NCBI GenBank assembly: GCA_913009825.1
Contig: CAJVYQ010000008.1
Span: forward strand, 14,484-78,483
DNA: 64,000 nt
Origin: an uncultured Deferribacteres bacterium
GTDB lineage: Bacteria > Zhuqueibacterota > JdFR-76 > DREG01
Reading direction: 5' to 3'
A program made the position numbers and the translations under genes. Each line of letters begins with the position of its first letter. Positions within the stretch are counted from its first letter, which is position 1. Under the pieces are notes generated by a model. It had not been told where the DNA came from, ran no database searches, and worked only from the letters and a program-made list of their open reading frames with translations. This document shows, piece by piece, positions 49,647-59,745 of the stretch.

Positions 49647-51038
49647 TTATTGACGAGTCACGGTTTGCAGTTCCTGCCAAATGGTCTCCATTGCCATTCC
49701 TCTCGAACCTTTAATCAACACTACATCTCCGTTTTGCAGCAATGTTTGCAGATCCCCGGCCAACGTGGATTTATCGGAATAGACGCGAACCTGTTTTCCG
49801 CCGGCCCGGGTAAACCCTCGTTCGAACGCTGCGGCAAAATCCCCGTACAACAGCAGCAGGGTCACACCCGCTTCCGCCGCCTCTTGGCCGGCTTTTTCAT
49901 GGGCCGCTTCACTGACTTCCCCCAATTCCAGCATATCTCCCAAAACAGCAACAGCCCGGCCTTGCCGGGTGCGAATCAGATGAGAGAGCGTTGCCAGCGC
50001 CGCCCGCAAAGAATCCGGGTTGGAATTATAGGCATCTAATAGAATAGCAGCGCCATGCCATTCATGTTTTTCCATTCGTTTGGAAAAACTGCGGTGATTT
50101 TCCAATGCCGTTGCAATATCGTTTAGCGGAATGTGCCAATAAATACCAACTGCTGCCGCTGCCAACGCATTGCTGATTTGATGTTCCCCCGGCACCTGCA
50201 ATTGGACTTCCACCTGATTTTGCAGGCGAAAACCGGCGCAGCCTTCCGGATTCAAACTTAAAAATTCGCCGCGCACTTCCGCATCATGATGCAGGCTGTA
50301 GCGAATCTGTTGCCGCACTATCTTTGCCGCAGCCATAATCCGGGAATCATCCGCATTAACAAAAGCCAGCCCATCTTCAGGCAGGCTTTTAAATAACTCG
50401 GCCTTTGCTCCGGCCACATCATCAACCGAACCGAAAAACTCCAGATGGCCGGCGCCGATATTGGTGATTAGCCCATGATCCGGACGGGCAATTTCGCATA
50501 AACGCTCGATCTCTCCGAAATGATTTGTCCCCATCTCAATCACTGCAATTTCAGTGTCGTCCTCTATCTGCAGCAATGATAACGGCAAGCCGATATGATT
50601 GTTCAAATTCCCCGGCGTTTTGACGATTTTGTATTTTTGTGCCAAAACTGAGGCAATCATCTCTTTTGTGGTGGTTTTACCGTTCGTGCCGGTTATTGCC
50701 AGTACGGGAACGGCAAACATGGCACGGTAATTTCCGGCAAGCTGCTGCAATGAGAACAGCGGATCATCAACGCCAATGATCGAACCCTGTCGACCGGATA
50801 AAAATTCGCCCTGCCTGTCTTTCCGCACCACACAAGCTAATGCGCCCTTTGCCATTGCCTGCGGGATAAATGTATGTCCGTCGAACAGTTCGCCGCGCAA
50901 AGCAAAATAAACCGCTCCGGCTTTCAGAGTCCGGGTATCGATGGAAATCGAACCGACAATTTTATCCCGAAACGGAGCGCCGGGGTTTATTTTTTCGCCA
51001 GTCAGGCGGATAAATTTTTTTAATGGCAACGATTTCAC
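49647..51038 (-). CDS. murF: UDP-N-acetylmuramoyl-tripeptide--D-alanyl-D-alanine ligase
   Basis: It has the MurF-specific motif block LAITGTNGKTTTKEM ... GNLNNHIGLPLSLL ... IEMGTNHFGEIE ... GAGHLEFFGS, which is colinear with E. coli MurF. This distinguishes it from MurE. Confidence 0.9.
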   Translation of the reverse strand: MKSLPLKKFIRLTGEKINPGAPFRDKIVGSISIDTRTLKAGAVYFALRGELFDGHTFIPQAMAKGALACVVRKDRQGEFLSGRQGSIIGVDDPLFSLQQLAGNYRAMFAVPVLAITGTNGKTTTKEMIASVLAQKYKIVKTPGNLNNHIGLPLSLLQIEDDTEIAVIEMGTNHFGEIERLCEIARPDHGLITNIGAGHLEFFGSVDDVAGAKAELFKSLPEDGLAFVNADDSRIMAAAKIVRQQIRYSLHHDAEVRGEFLSLNPEGCAGFRLQNQVEVQLQVPGEHQISNALAAAAVGIYWHIPLNDIATALENHRSFSKRMEKHEWHGAAILLDAYNSNPDSLRAALATLSHLIRTRQGRAVAVLGDMLELGEVSEAAHEKAGQEAAEAGVTLLLLYGDFAAAFERGFTRAGGKQVRVYSDKSTLAGDLQTLLQNGDVVLIKGSRGMAMETIWQELQTVTRQ

Positions 51039-51044
51039 AATTTT

Positions 51045-53123
51045 TTATCCCGACATGGGCTGACAAACTATTTTACATTTAAAATCCTTCGCCCGGCTGT
51101 TGGCTTTCGGCTGCTGCTTTATCACATACCCGCTGCCGGACAAAACCGGATCGTACCCGGCCTGGGTTAAAATTTGAATCGCATCGCGAATACTTTTTCC
51201 CACCACGTTGGGTACTTTTTCCCGTCTGGTGTTTTTGGCAATTTCCCCGCTCAGGTTGAGCATGATCACTTCATCCGAATCCAGCAAATTTCCCGGCTTC
51301 GGATTTTGAGAAACCACATACCCGCCGCTACCTTCCGAGCGAACCTGAAAAGCAAGATTGGTCAATATTTCCTTTGCCTGATAGTAATTTAACTCCGTTA
51401 CGTCCGGCACCCGTATTTTCCGGTGATTTTTTACATAAGATGGCCGAGTCTGTCGCGGTTCGACCCCTGTATCTAAAACCCGGCGGATAATATTACGGAA
51501 AATGGGAGCCGCCGATTGAGAGCCGTATTTATAGCGGCTCTGCGGTTCATCTACCATTACCAGACACACCAATTTGGGTTTGTTCACCGGAGTAAACCCA
51601 ACAAAAGAAGCAATGTATTTTCGCTTTGAATACCGTTTTAAAACAGAATCGTATTTCTTGGTTGTGCCGGTTTTTCCCGCGATGGCAACTCCTTCAATCC
51701 CGGCAGGTTTTCCGGTTCCCGATTCTACAACAGCTTGCAGAATATTTTTCAATTGGTGCACCGTCTTCGGATAAAGTACACGCCGGATAGTGTCTGGCCT
51801 GGTTTTAGAAAGGGTATTTTTGTAAACATCCGAAAAGACGTCATGCAAAATCCGGGGTTTTAACAGATAACCGCCATTGGCCACAACAGCATACGCATTG
51901 GCTAACTGTAAACCTGTCACCAAAACACCGTAACCGATAGGAAAACGCGCCAGATCACTTTTGCTCCATTTCATATAATTGGTAAATTTTCCTCTGTCCT
52001 CTCCTAACAGATCAATACCACTGGGCATACCGAAACCAAAAGCACGGCCATAATTGTAGATTCTTTGCTTCCCGATTTTAATGGCCATTTTTGCTACACC
52101 GATATTGCTGGAATGAACAAAGACCCCTTTTACCGTCAATGTTCCGTACGGTTTATGATCCGTGATATAACCACCGGAAAACATTTTTTTTCCGTTCTCG
52201 CAAAATATTTTGTCCGTCGGTTTAAAAATCCCTTCCTGCAAAGCCGCCGCAGCCGTTACCAGTTTGAAAGTGGAACCGGGTTCGTACGGATCAACCAGCG
52301 CCCGGTTGCGTCTCTCCGCTCTACTATAGCTACTGTAATTATTGGGATTGAAAGACGGGTAAGAAACCATAGCCAACACTTCCGCAGTGGAGGGGTCTAA
52401 CATCACTACCATACCGCTTTTGGCGCCATATTTTTCAATCCCCTTGCGCAATTCTTCTTCTGCGATCAACTGATAGTCGATATTCAGGGTTAAAACAAGA
52501 CTTTTGCCACTAACAGGCGCTTTTTCCGGTTCACCGATGGTTGGCACTAATTTTCGTCGCGCATCGATAAAAACCTTTTTGAACCCTTGCTTTCCTTCCA
52601 GCAGATGGTTGTATTTTTTTTCGATCCCTGCCAGACCGGCATTGTCGATATTTGTGAAACCGAGAATATGTGCGGCCGCCCTGTCGTAGGGATAAAATCG
52701 TCCCGTTTCTTTTATTTTCGCTACCGGATTTCCTTTAGCGAACTGAATTTTTTTGCTGGTTTGCAGATCCACACCGCGGGCCAGCCAGACAAACCGTTTC
52801 TTTTTCAGCAGGTTCAAATAGTAAGAAATATTGTTACCGGTAACACGGGCAAACTGCCGGGCGATTTTCCGCTTTTCCACCAACTGTGTAGGATTGACGC
52901 CGAAGGAAAACCGGGCGATATCAAAAGCGAGTTGGTTAAAATTGCGATCGTAAATCCCTCCCCGTTCCGAATACAACTTCACAATGGTTTGTGATTGGTG
53001 ATGGGCGATCACTCCATTCGCTTCACCGTTAATAATCTGAATAAAAAACAGACGTACGAGCAAACCCAAATAGAAAATGATGGCGATTGCCGCCCAGAGA
53101 TTTTGCGTCCAGCGACGATACAT
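51045..53123 (-). CDS. ftsI: Division-specific class B penicillin-binding protein (FtsI-like) with two C-terminal PASTA domains
   Basis: It has an N-terminal TM helix, a dimerisation domain, the transpeptidase motif SxxK (YEPGSTFKLV), and two PASTA repeats in the last roughly 130 aa (VPDVTELNYYQAKEIL... and VPNVVGKSIRDAIQIL...). Confidence 0.9.
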   Translation of the reverse strand: MYRRWTQNLWAAIAIIFYLGLLVRLFFIQIINGEANGVIAHHQSQTIVKLYSERGGIYDRNFNQLAFDIARFSFGVNPTQLVEKRKIARQFARVTGNNISYYLNLLKKKRFVWLARGVDLQTSKKIQFAKGNPVAKIKETGRFYPYDRAAAHILGFTNIDNAGLAGIEKKYNHLLEGKQGFKKVFIDARRKLVPTIGEPEKAPVSGKSLVLTLNIDYQLIAEEELRKGIEKYGAKSGMVVMLDPSTAEVLAMVSYPSFNPNNYSSYSRAERRNRALVDPYEPGSTFKLVTAAAALQEGIFKPTDKIFCENGKKMFSGGYITDHKPYGTLTVKGVFVHSSNIGVAKMAIKIGKQRIYNYGRAFGFGMPSGIDLLGEDRGKFTNYMKWSKSDLARFPIGYGVLVTGLQLANAYAVVANGGYLLKPRILHDVFSDVYKNTLSKTRPDTIRRVLYPKTVHQLKNILQAVVESGTGKPAGIEGVAIAGKTGTTKKYDSVLKRYSKRKYIASFVGFTPVNKPKLVCLVMVDEPQSRYKYGSQSAAPIFRNIIRRVLDTGVEPRQTRPSYVKNHRKIRVPDVTELNYYQAKEILTNLAFQVRSEGSGGYVVSQNPKPGNLLDSDEVIMLNLSGEIAKNTRREKVPNVVGKSIRDAIQILTQAGYDPVLSGSGYVIKQQPKANSRAKDFKCKIVCQPMSG

Positions 53124-53127
53124 CGAA

Positions 53128-53544
53128 CTATTCTCCCAGAGAATGAATCAACGTATTCGGATTCTGATAAGCTAAATTGTCCAACTGAAGCAAGTCGGTC
53201 AGCATCTCAACAGACGAAACGGTGGAATCATCGTCGTAATAAACTACATTCGCCTTCCGGTTACGATCGATCATGTGCAAACGTGTTTCGGCAATTTTTC
53301 GGATTCGGTCGTTGGCCGATAATTCAAACATTTTTGCCTGTAGCAATTTGTTTTCTTCCACAAGTTCATCCACCCGGGTTTGCATGTTGGCAATACCGAA
53401 CAACATTTCCTTGATGTAGTTACGTTGAATCAAATGCGCCAGAGCAAACAGAGTTATAAAAACAACGATCAAAATAAAATTGCGGGAGAAAAACGGTTGA
53501 TTAACTACTGCAACCGGCCTTTTTGGTCTCACATATCTACTCAT
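53128..53544 (-). CDS. ftsL: Cell division protein FtsL-like
   Basis: The 138-aa product has a single TM helix (FILIVVFITLFALAHLI) followed by a coiled-coil segment, and sits between rsmH and ftsI. Confidence 0.7.
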   Translation of the reverse strand: MSRYVRPKRPVAVVNQPFFSRNFILIVVFITLFALAHLIQRNYIKEMLFGIANMQTRVDELVEENKLLQAKMFELSANDRIRKIAETRLHMIDRNRKANVVYYDDDSTVSSVEMLTDLLQLDNLAYQNPNTLIHSLGE

Positions 53545-53719
53545 ACAAATACCTGATATTTTAGTGGTTCGATTTAAATATTCAGGTAAAATACAACAAA
53601 GTTGAAAGTTTTTTACACCCCTTGCAACCCTCTTGAGGGGGTACGGGGAGTGTTCCTCTATCTACCTGAACGGTTTCAGTTTATTCAAACATGAACTCAA
53701 CATAAACCGGCATACAAAG

Positions 53720-54670
53720 TTATAAACGTTCGGCAACCCGCAGTTTAGCGCTGCGGGCACGGGGATTTTTCCGCACTTCTGCCTCCCCTGCGGTAACAGG
53801 GTGCCTGGTCAGAATTTTTAATATACCCTTCTGTCCGCAGATGCACTGGGGAAATTCCGGCGGACAAGTGCATCGTTTCTCATTCTCACGGAAGAACCGT
53901 TTTACCAGACGATCCTCCAAAGAGTGGTAGCTGAATACCGCCATCCGGCCACCCGGATCGAGATGATCTATCCCCGCCTGCAAAGCAAGTCGCAGATTCT
54001 CCAATTCCCAATTCACTTCGATACGCAGACTTTGGAACACCCGCGCCAGCGATTTATTGAGATGTCCGCGATGAACCACTTTTGCCACAACTGCCGCCAG
54101 TGCCGCGGTTGAATCTATTTTCCTCCGCCCCCTTGTCCGGACAATAGCTTTAGCGATGGCTCCCGCCCGGCGTTCTTCGCCGTACTCCCAAATCACGTGA
54201 CGCAATTCCGATTCCGAATAGGTGTTCACCACGTGATAGGCGCCCTGTTTTTGCCGGCGATCCATCCGCATATCCAGAGGGCCTTCATTTATAAAACTAA
54301 AACCGCGGTACCCCACGTTTAGTTGATGGGAAGACACACCTAGATCCAATAAAATTCCGTTTACTTTCTCAACCTTTTCCTCGGCTAAAAAATCGGCCAG
54401 ATATTTGAAATTTGCATGTTTCAGCACAACCTGATTTTTCCAGGGCCGTAAATTTTCCGCACAGGCAGTCAACGCCTCGTCATCCTGATCCATGCCCAGC
54501 AATTTCCCATACCGAGAAAACCGCTGCAACAGGGCGCGGGCATGGCCGCCGCCGCCAACGGTCAGGTCCAGATACACGCCGTTCCGATTGGTCGACAACC
54601 AGCTTAAAACTTCATCCACCATCACAGGTTGATGAAAAGATAGTTCCTGTTGCTTTTTTTGTTGACTCAA
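53720..54670 (-). CDS. rsmH: 16S rRNA (cytosine1402-N4)-methyltransferase
   Basis: The conserved block begins HQPVMVDEVLSWL and includes DLTVGGGGHARALL. The tracked ORF runs to 54907, but the 79 upstream codons have no RsmH counterpart. The probable start is TTG at 54670, giving about 317 aa. Confidence 0.85.
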   Translation of the reverse strand: MSQQKKQQELSFHQPVMVDEVLSWLSTNRNGVYLDLTVGGGGHARALLQRFSRYGKLLGMDQDDEALTACAENLRPWKNQVVLKHANFKYLADFLAEEKVEKVNGILLDLGVSSHQLNVGYRGFSFINEGPLDMRMDRRQKQGAYHVVNTYSESELRHVIWEYGEERRAGAIAKAIVRTRGRRKIDSTAALAAVVAKVVHRGHLNKSLARVFQSLRIEVNWELENLRLALQAGIDHLDPGGRMAVFSYHSLEDRLVKRFFRENEKRCTCPPEFPQCICGQKGILKILTRHPVTAGEAEVRKNPRARSAKLRVAERL

Positions 54671-54992
54671 TTGATAATACCCTATTCCAAATACAGCTCC
54701 TCCGGTAGATACGGGAAATAACATGCCAACGCCAATTTCCTGCGCATCTCCAAACGTAATCTGCTGATCGGTCAAAAATAGTTCTGAAGATGAAAGCAAA
54801 AGTAAACTTTCATCCTGAACCGTTTGATACCAATCTCTACCATGAGAAACTGCCATAGGATTCTTCAAGTAAATGGAACGATTCAACCCACGAAATACAC
54901 GAAGCACACAAAAGGTTCTGCAAAATGAAAAAGCTCTGAATTCTGATGTCTTTCATTTATTTTGCGGGCATTCCGACTAGTTACCATTAAAT

Positions 54993-55100
54993 AATTAGTG
55001 TCTGACCGAAAACTCCTTTTTTCTGTCATTCCCGCCGTGCCTGAAGCAGACAGGCGAAAGCGGGAATCCATAACATCTTGTTTTCATTCAGACACTAATT
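54993..55100. repeat. Family-3 MITE (108 bp, 21-bp TIR AATTAGTGTCTGAMYGAAAAC) between mraZ and rsmH
   Basis: The left terminus aattagtgtctgaccgaaaac pairs with the right terminus gttttcattcagacactaatt. The internal hairpin is gtcattcccgccgtgcctgaagcagacaggcgaaagcgggaatc. Confidence 0.8.
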
Positions 55101-55118
55101 AAAAAGGAATTGATAAAA

Positions 55119-55607
55119 CTATTTGGCTGCGTATTTCTGAATTTGCTCTTCCAACACATCTGTTGGCCAGATTTCAATTCGGGTACGCATCCCAAGTAAA
55201 GTTACTTCTTTGTCTATTCCGGCTTTTTCTTTGAGGTTATTGGGGAGGTAAAACCGGCCAAGCCTGTCGACTTTAACAGGCAGCATTTTTTGCTGCAATC
55301 CACGTATTTTCCACAGCTTCCCGGAATTTTCTTCAAAATTCTCGTCCGCCAATCTATCCAGTCTCTCATCCCACCGGGAACGCGGATAAACCAAAATGCA
55401 GGAACCTGTCTCCATAGTTAGCAAAAGTTCATTGCGCTCATCTTCATCGATGGCTTTAAAAAAGTGTTTGGGCAGGCTCAACCGGTTGTTCGCTTCCAGC
55501 TTCGCTTTTTTATTTCCGTTAAAAGTCGCCACGCCTTTTCCTGTCTGCTCCCTTTTAGCTCCTTTTTTTCCCTTTGTAATTATAACACATTGAGTTTCAA
55601 TTGTCAA
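55119..55607 (-). CDS. mraZ: Transcriptional regulator MraZ
   Basis: Two MraZ half-domains are present (NRLSLPKHF and DRLGRFYLPNNL). The true start may be internal at about 55532, since the first roughly 25 codons are not MraZ-like. Confidence 0.8.
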   Translation of the reverse strand: MTIETQCVIITKGKKGAKREQTGKGVATFNGNKKAKLEANNRLSLPKHFFKAIDEDERNELLLTMETGSCILVYPRSRWDERLDRLADENFEENSGKLWKIRGLQQKMLPVKVDRLGRFYLPNNLKEKAGIDKEVTLLGMRTRIEIWPTDVLEEQIQKYAAK

Positions 55608-55893
55608 GAGAAATATTATTTTTTTAAAAATAAATATTTTCCGATCTGATCCTGTATTCCGGATAGTCGGAAATATTGCACATTATTATTTATTATTTAA
55701 TAAGTTACAAGCATATAAAAATAAATTAGAGTTATGATATTTATTGGAAATATAAAAAACAGGGGGAAATAGGAATTTTTTCTACAAGACAAGGGGAATT
55801 CGTAACACCTTGGTTTTTCGAAAAATAGTAAGTAATATTCAGACTGTCGTTCCCGCATGCTTTTAGCGGGAATCCATTGCTGCCCTCAAGTAG

Positions 55894-56133
55894 ATTCCCC
55901 GTCTGCAACAGGCAGGCAGCTTAAAGATTGTATGTCTGAACCATTACAATTGGAAAATTAAAGAAACAGCAGAGACGTTGGAAATCGATCGCTCCAATCT
56001 GTATAAAAAATATAACAACCTGGAATTGAAAAACCGCAGATTAAACAAACCAGACAGTAGTTTCTGGTTAGTTAGATTGTTACATCTCTGCAACTTGCGA
56101 GATCGTACCGTGACAAACTACGGGGCAACCTGA
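55894..56133 (+). pseudogene. C-terminal remnant of a sigma-54-dependent transcriptional activator (Fis-type HTH only)
   Basis: The stop-to-stop frame reads ...LKIVCLNHYNWKIKETAETLEIDRSNLYKKYNNLELKNRR..., which matches the NtrC-family C-terminal HTH_8 (compare ALEYTNWNKTKAAELLGISRTTLYRKLKKYGI). It has no start codon, no AAA+ domain upstream, and ends inside a family-4 TIR (cctgaatagtaac at 56129-56141). Confidence 0.55.
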
Positions 56134-56188
56134 ATAGTAACTTTAACTCGAATGATTCAGACTACCGGAGAAGGAAAGAAAAAAAGAA

Positions 56189-56467
56189 TCAGGGCTGAAT
56201 CAGAAAAGGTTTTATCTGATCGAAACGGGTAATATTGTGCTTTGTTAGAATGGAAATGAGATGGGGAAACATTCGTGCCGGCGTGCGGGCATCTTCCTTT
56301 GCGATATGATGTGTATTCAATGGAATGTTAAAATAGTAAGCCAAATCGGGCAATTTTTGCGTATCCGTTCCCCTGATAAATTCCCGTCTGATCTTCAGCG
56401 TATCGATGGTGCGGTTCACTAACTTTTTGGCTCTCAACTGTTTCAATTCTTTATTGATCACGCGCAA
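56189..56467 (-). pseudogene. C-terminal fragment of a DEDDh (DnaQ/epsilon-like) 3'-5' exonuclease; the upstream part is degraded
   Basis: The 92-aa fragment has the Exo III motif HHIAKEDARTPARMF. The upstream segment 56468-56800 carries pieces (LVAHKPISF, possibly Exo II-like) in other frames, separated by stops. Confidence 0.5.
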
Positions 56468-56809
56468 AACGAAATGGGCTTATGAGCAACCAAAACTTTA
56501 TCACCCAAAAACTAAAACAGAGCCGGAAGGAATTGTTCGAAAGAAAGTGCGTTTTGCAACGGTTCCGAATCGATGTGAATACCGGTTTCGCCACCGGAAA
56601 CTTTTTTGAACCGTACATCCTGTCGTAGGATAATTTGTCTTATTTTTTCCGCAAGAGAGGCGGGAATATTTTTAATAGGGACGACCGCATCGGCAATCTC
56701 CGGCGCGAAGAGGGGCTTTCATTGTTCCGTCAAAAACCGGTGAATTGTGTTGGACAGAAAAGAATCGTTGATGATATTTGCGGTTCCGGTGGCCACAGTC
56801 TATCTGTGA

Positions 56810-59602
56810 TTACGCATCGACCGGCAAGGCCGGGAGGTGAACGCTCAAATAGTCCTCTTTACTTAAATTGTTTGTACACCAATCCAGAATAAACGGTTCC
56901 TTGGTAAACAGAAGCACCTGGTTTTGTTTACTTAAACTTACCAAAAAGTGCATCATGTTTGCCATGCGTGTATGATCAAAATGAACAAACGGATCATCCA
57001 AAATCAACGGCAGCGATTCCATGGTTTGGCTCAGTAAACGAGTCAGTGCGACGCGCAGCAACAAGTAGAGCTGTTCCTGTGTGCCAAAACTTAAAAAGTC
57101 GGAGGATCCGTACGATCCTTTTTCCGGCAGCACCAAATTCAGACTCAGTCCATCGGGGTTCACTTTCACATCGGAATAGCGTTTATCGGTAATCTTATCT
57201 ATCGCCTTGCTGAGGAAAGAGTTGAGAAACGGAACCACGCTGCGGTGATAATTAAGCGCTACTTCCGAAAGCACTTCTTTGGCAAGTTTCAGTTGGGTGC
57301 GCATCTCCAGCAGCCTGTCTGTTTCCGCCTGTGTCTGCGCTAATTCTTCCTCAACTTCAGCCCGGGGCCGGAACTGTCCCAACATGGTATCGATTCTTGC
57401 CTGCATCGCCTGCACTTGTTTTTCATGCTCCTGACGCGCCTGATCGATTTCTAAAAATGTATTCTCAAGTCGACCGATGGCTTTACTGCTACGTTTTCCC
57501 TGTACTTGCGGATATTTGACCAAGAGCTGTTCTCGCCGGCGCATGAGAGTTTCCAGATCTTTCAAAATTTCCTCCTCCGATTGCAAAGACAGGATGCCCC
57601 GAATCTCCGACTGTAACTTTTCCCGGTTTTGTCTGATATTATTCAGCGCTTCTCTTTTCTGTAAAAGTTCGCTAAATTCCGTTTCTGCTGCACTCAAATC
57701 AGCCGTGTCGATATTTATCCGTTCGAACTGCTCCCGCAGTATTTTTTCACTCTCCGCAATTTTTTCGTGGAGGGCGGTGATGCTCTTCTCCGACTGTTCC
57801 TTTTCTTGTTTCAACGAGACGATTTTACTATAAATCAGACTGAAATGGTGGTATTCTTCATCCACACGCTCCAGGGTTTCACCATCTATCTTTTTCACAT
57901 TCACCGATTGTAAATATTTCAGTAATTGAAAATCCACCCGGTCCCGTTCCTTAAAAGCGCTGTCCCGTTCATGAATAAGACGCAGATAATGTTCATTCTG
58001 CAAGCGGCGGGCTAACAATTTATTCAGGGAATCTATGCCGAACCGGCGAAAATTTTTCATCAAATCGAAATAGATCGCTTCATATTCCCGGCGGTTTTCC
58101 AGCAATTTTTTCTGCAATTCATTTGCCTGCAGGGAAATCCGTTCTCTTGCTTTGCGATAAAACAGAAAAACAATGAAACCGATGAGAAAAAAACCGGCGG
58201 AAACAGGATAACCAAAATCAAACCGAAAAAAATAGGAAAACAGCAGCATAAACAGGGTGATGAGCGCCGTACCGCCGATGATCCATTTTCTGTTCTTTGC
58301 CGTCGCCCAGGTTTGTGATTCCAGCAGATCCAGCCGTCCCTGAAACTCCTGACCGGTTCCTTCCACTCTTTTCAGCGCTTCTTCCTGCCGGTTGAATTTA
58401 TCGAAATCGGAAGGCTTCAGATCATTTAATTTCTGCAACGATTTTGGCTCAACACCATCCTGCAGCAAAGCCAGTTCCTGCTGATCGACTTCCTGCTGCG
58501 CCCGGACAAAAGTTTTGTTTCTGTGCCGCCATTCTTCACTTAAGTTGAGAAAATATGTATAAGGCATGAGGGAGTAAATCGATTCATACTTCCGCATCGA
58601 GCCGATCTCTTTGTCAATTTCTGCAATCCGGGCGTTTATTTCCTTAATATTTTTCTTTTTCTCATCAATCTGTTCCCGGTAATTCTTCCGGTACTGCTGC
58701 CGTCTGACAACCGTGCTCCAAACTTCGTCCGGAATGCTTTCCACCACAGAAAATTCTTCAGTATCGGTACCAAGCGCTGCTGTGCCTTGTTTCGCTGTTT
58801 TCAGGTGATTGAGTTGCTTCTCCCGCCGTTCTATCTCTTTTGTTGTAATGTGATAGTTCAACTCGATTCTGCGAATATTCTCCCTCTCAATCTGCTGCTC
58901 CAGCCTGTTTTTTTCGATGATGGTCTGCTTCAACTCCTCCCGCGCCAGGAGTTGCGCCTCGTACTCCTCTTTGATGCGATGCAATCGCAATCGTGCCTGC
59001 GGCAGCTTCCGCTTTTGTGCCCGATCCGTGCCGATCCGGGCGATCTCATTTTGCAGATGGGCGATGGTCTGTGCAGCGGATTTTTCCCTTGCACCGCTGT
59101 CCAGTACCCCAATAATCTCATTCACAAGCTGCACCGACCCGGCAATGGCTTTCACTTCCGCCTGCCGGACAAAAACAGTAGATTCGAAAACTTCTTCGGC
59201 CATGCCCAACTGTTCTTTCAAAAAGGGAATATTTCCGTGTCTTTTTATATTGAACCGGTTAGTCACATCCTCGCCGGTCAGTGAATCAAACAGATGGGTG
59301 GGGATATCCGAATCGGTAAAATTTCTGTCCACCTGATACCTGCGGCCATCCGCTAAAACGTACCACAACCGGCCGCCATATTTTTCACTCTGCCAGGGCT
59401 GAAATCGCTCCCACAACGCATTTTCCTGGGGCGTTGCCCGCCGGGAATGGTAAAATCCGTACAGCAGATGCAGAATAACCTGCTGCAAAGTCGACTTTCC
59501 GGCTTCATTGGGTCCGAATACCAGGTTGAATTGCGGATGCAAATCGAGCGAAAAATCCGTCAATTTGCCAAAACCATCGATGTGTATTTTTTCCAGTTTC
59601 AT
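56810..59602 (-). CDS. YhaN/SbcC-like AAA ATPase with coiled coils and two central TM helices
   Basis: It has the Walker A motif FGPNEAGKST, long heptad-rich segments, a TM pair WIIGGTALITLFMLLFSYFF...FFLIGFIVFLFY near the middle, and a C-terminal Walker B / D-loop LILDDPFVHFD. No CxxC zinc hook is seen, which fits YhaN better than canonical SbcC. Confidence 0.75.
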   Translation of the reverse strand: MKLEKIHIDGFGKLTDFSLDLHPQFNLVFGPNEAGKSTLQQVILHLLYGFYHSRRATPQENALWERFQPWQSEKYGGRLWYVLADGRRYQVDRNFTDSDIPTHLFDSLTGEDVTNRFNIKRHGNIPFLKEQLGMAEEVFESTVFVRQAEVKAIAGSVQLVNEIIGVLDSGAREKSAAQTIAHLQNEIARIGTDRAQKRKLPQARLRLHRIKEEYEAQLLAREELKQTIIEKNRLEQQIERENIRRIELNYHITTKEIERREKQLNHLKTAKQGTAALGTDTEEFSVVESIPDEVWSTVVRRQQYRKNYREQIDEKKKNIKEINARIAEIDKEIGSMRKYESIYSLMPYTYFLNLSEEWRHRNKTFVRAQQEVDQQELALLQDGVEPKSLQKLNDLKPSDFDKFNRQEEALKRVEGTGQEFQGRLDLLESQTWATAKNRKWIIGGTALITLFMLLFSYFFRFDFGYPVSAGFFLIGFIVFLFYRKARERISLQANELQKKLLENRREYEAIYFDLMKNFRRFGIDSLNKLLARRLQNEHYLRLIHERDSAFKERDRVDFQLLKYLQSVNVKKIDGETLERVDEEYHHFSLIYSKIVSLKQEKEQSEKSITALHEKIAESEKILREQFERINIDTADLSAAETEFSELLQKREALNNIRQNREKLQSEIRGILSLQSEEEILKDLETLMRRREQLLVKYPQVQGKRSSKAIGRLENTFLEIDQARQEHEKQVQAMQARIDTMLGQFRPRAEVEEELAQTQAETDRLLEMRTQLKLAKEVLSEVALNYHRSVVPFLNSFLSKAIDKITDKRYSDVKVNPDGLSLNLVLPEKGSYGSSDFLSFGTQEQLYLLLRVALTRLLSQTMESLPLILDDPFVHFDHTRMANMMHFLVSLSKQNQVLLFTKEPFILDWCTNNLSKEDYLSVHLPALPVDA

Positions 59603-59745
59603 GTATTCGGTGTCTCCGGCTTCAAATTTATTGACCGAAATCAGTTGAATGTCAATCGGTTTGCCAATTCAAAGAAAAAGGTTTTAACCCAAAATGTTTC
59701 TTTTGCTGTATTTTCGTGTTTCATACCCGTCGTTAAAAAGCGATA

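Noticed and set aside
53720-54907. 395-aa extended RsmH as tracked
   Set aside because: The first roughly 79 codons have no RsmH counterpart, and the conserved N-terminus (HQPVMVDEV) begins just after an in-frame TTG at 54670. The shorter 317-aa product is the more likely one.
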